From assembly GCA_965223905.1 (NCBI GenBank), contig CBDCXV010000011.1, positions 832,001 to 896,000 on the forward strand: a DNA stretch of 64,000 bases. Direction: 5' to 3'. Source of the DNA: Candidatus Latescibacterota bacterium (GTDB taxonomy: Bacteria > Latescibacterota > UBA2968 > UBA8231). The notes below the pieces were generated by a model. The model did not search any database, was not told the origin of the DNA, and saw only the letters and a program-made list of their open reading frames with translations. Positions 63,255 through 64,000 of this stretch are shown here, one piece after another. Position 1 is the first letter of the stretch. The number at the start of each line of letters is the position of its first letter. The position numbers were made by a program, and so were the translations under genes.

Positions 63255-64000
63255 TTAGAACACCACCTGAGAAACCGACTTGGAAATCAAGGCAATGGCA
63301 ATCGAGGTCATGCCGATCAAGCCCACCCCACACGAATAGCCAGCCAGCAGGATGGGCGCGTAAGCCCGCCAGCGCTCCATTCCGAACCGCTTTTGCAGGT
63401 AGAAACGACCCAATAGCGCCCCCATAAAATTGGGAATGACGAAGTGTGGCCACTGGCCCAAACCGGCGACAAAACCGTAAAAAATGGCCACGGGCGCATG
63501 CAGAGCCGCCAGTCCTCCGTAGAGTAGAGCACTAAACACCAAGCCCACGGAGATATAGTCCCAGCGGACGATCTGGGTCACCAGGCTCTTTCCAGCACCG
63601 GGCAGGGTCGATTTTGCCCAGAACGCCTGCATGGCGGCGTGAAAAGGCCAGAGCTTCTGCACATAGGGATAAGCCGAGGAGGGAATGACACCCAGCTTCC
63701 AGATCAGGGACCAGAACAAAAAGCTGCAGATGAACATGATCACCAGGGTCAGAGCCACCAGCCGCACCAGGCTGCCGAACCGGGTCCGGGTCAATTCCAG
63801 CTGCTTGAACAGCTGCACTTCGTGAGCCCACTGGAAGATGGGAACCGGAGCGAACCAGATGGCCGCTCCCTGATAACCCGACAGGTAAAAAGAACCCTCG
63901 CGGAGGTAGGGAAAGCTCACCCCTTGAGGGCTGCCCGTCAGCCCGATCATGCGGGCACCGATATAGGAATAGACAGGAGTCCACACAAACCCGAAGAACA
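63255..64000 (-). CDS. Multi-pass membrane protein, OPT/peptide-transporter-like (5'-truncated by window)
   Basis: Dense TM segments, IPSSAYPY, ELTRTRF, YAPILLAGYSCGVGL. Confidence 0.65.
   Translation of the reverse strand, partial: FFGFVWTPVYSYIGARMIGLTGSPQGVSFPYLREGSFYLSGYQGAAIWFAPVPIFQWAHEVQLFKQLELTRTRFGSLVRLVALTLVIMFICSFLFWSLIWKLGVIPSSAYPYVQKLWPFHAAMQAFWAKSTLPGAGKSLVTQIVRWDYISVGLVFSALLYGGLAALHAPVAIFYGFVAGLGQWPHFVIPNFMGALLGRFYLQKRFGMERWRAYAPILLAGYSCGVGLIGMTSIAIALISKSVSQVVF

Overview
GC-rich bacterial genomic window with no rRNA, tRNA, CRISPR array, transposase or integrase that I can support. Seven PhyH dioxygenases, T9SS/FlgD-type C-terminal domains and 'TA(V/I)E..(S/T)W..VK' tails suggest an FCB-group, Latescibacterota/Poribacteria-like organism; this is an inference. 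Housekeeping genes are uvrB, a solitary dnaK behind a perfect sigma-54 promoter, and fbp. There are many sugar/redox enzymes (SDR, Zn-ADH, Gfo/Idh/MocA, lactonase, GH42, BNR protein) and several decayed genes. Main candidate systems: (1) a ~1540-aa PA/M28-like + FtsX-like membrane protein, with an OPT-like membrane gene upstream and an orphan ABC ATPase elsewhere in the window; (2) an 11-kb lipid/glycolipid cluster (PlcP-like remnant, three GT4, GT2, DUF3047, MMPL, HTTM-like pair) carrying 11-bp-period Pho-box-like repeats; (3) a RAPP-ending leader ORF before a His-rich lipoprotein and a ZnuD-like TonB receptor; (4) a PhyH with an HxG (halogenase-like) motif coupled to a threonine-aldolase-like gene. 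All calls come from motif recognition by eye; no searches were run.
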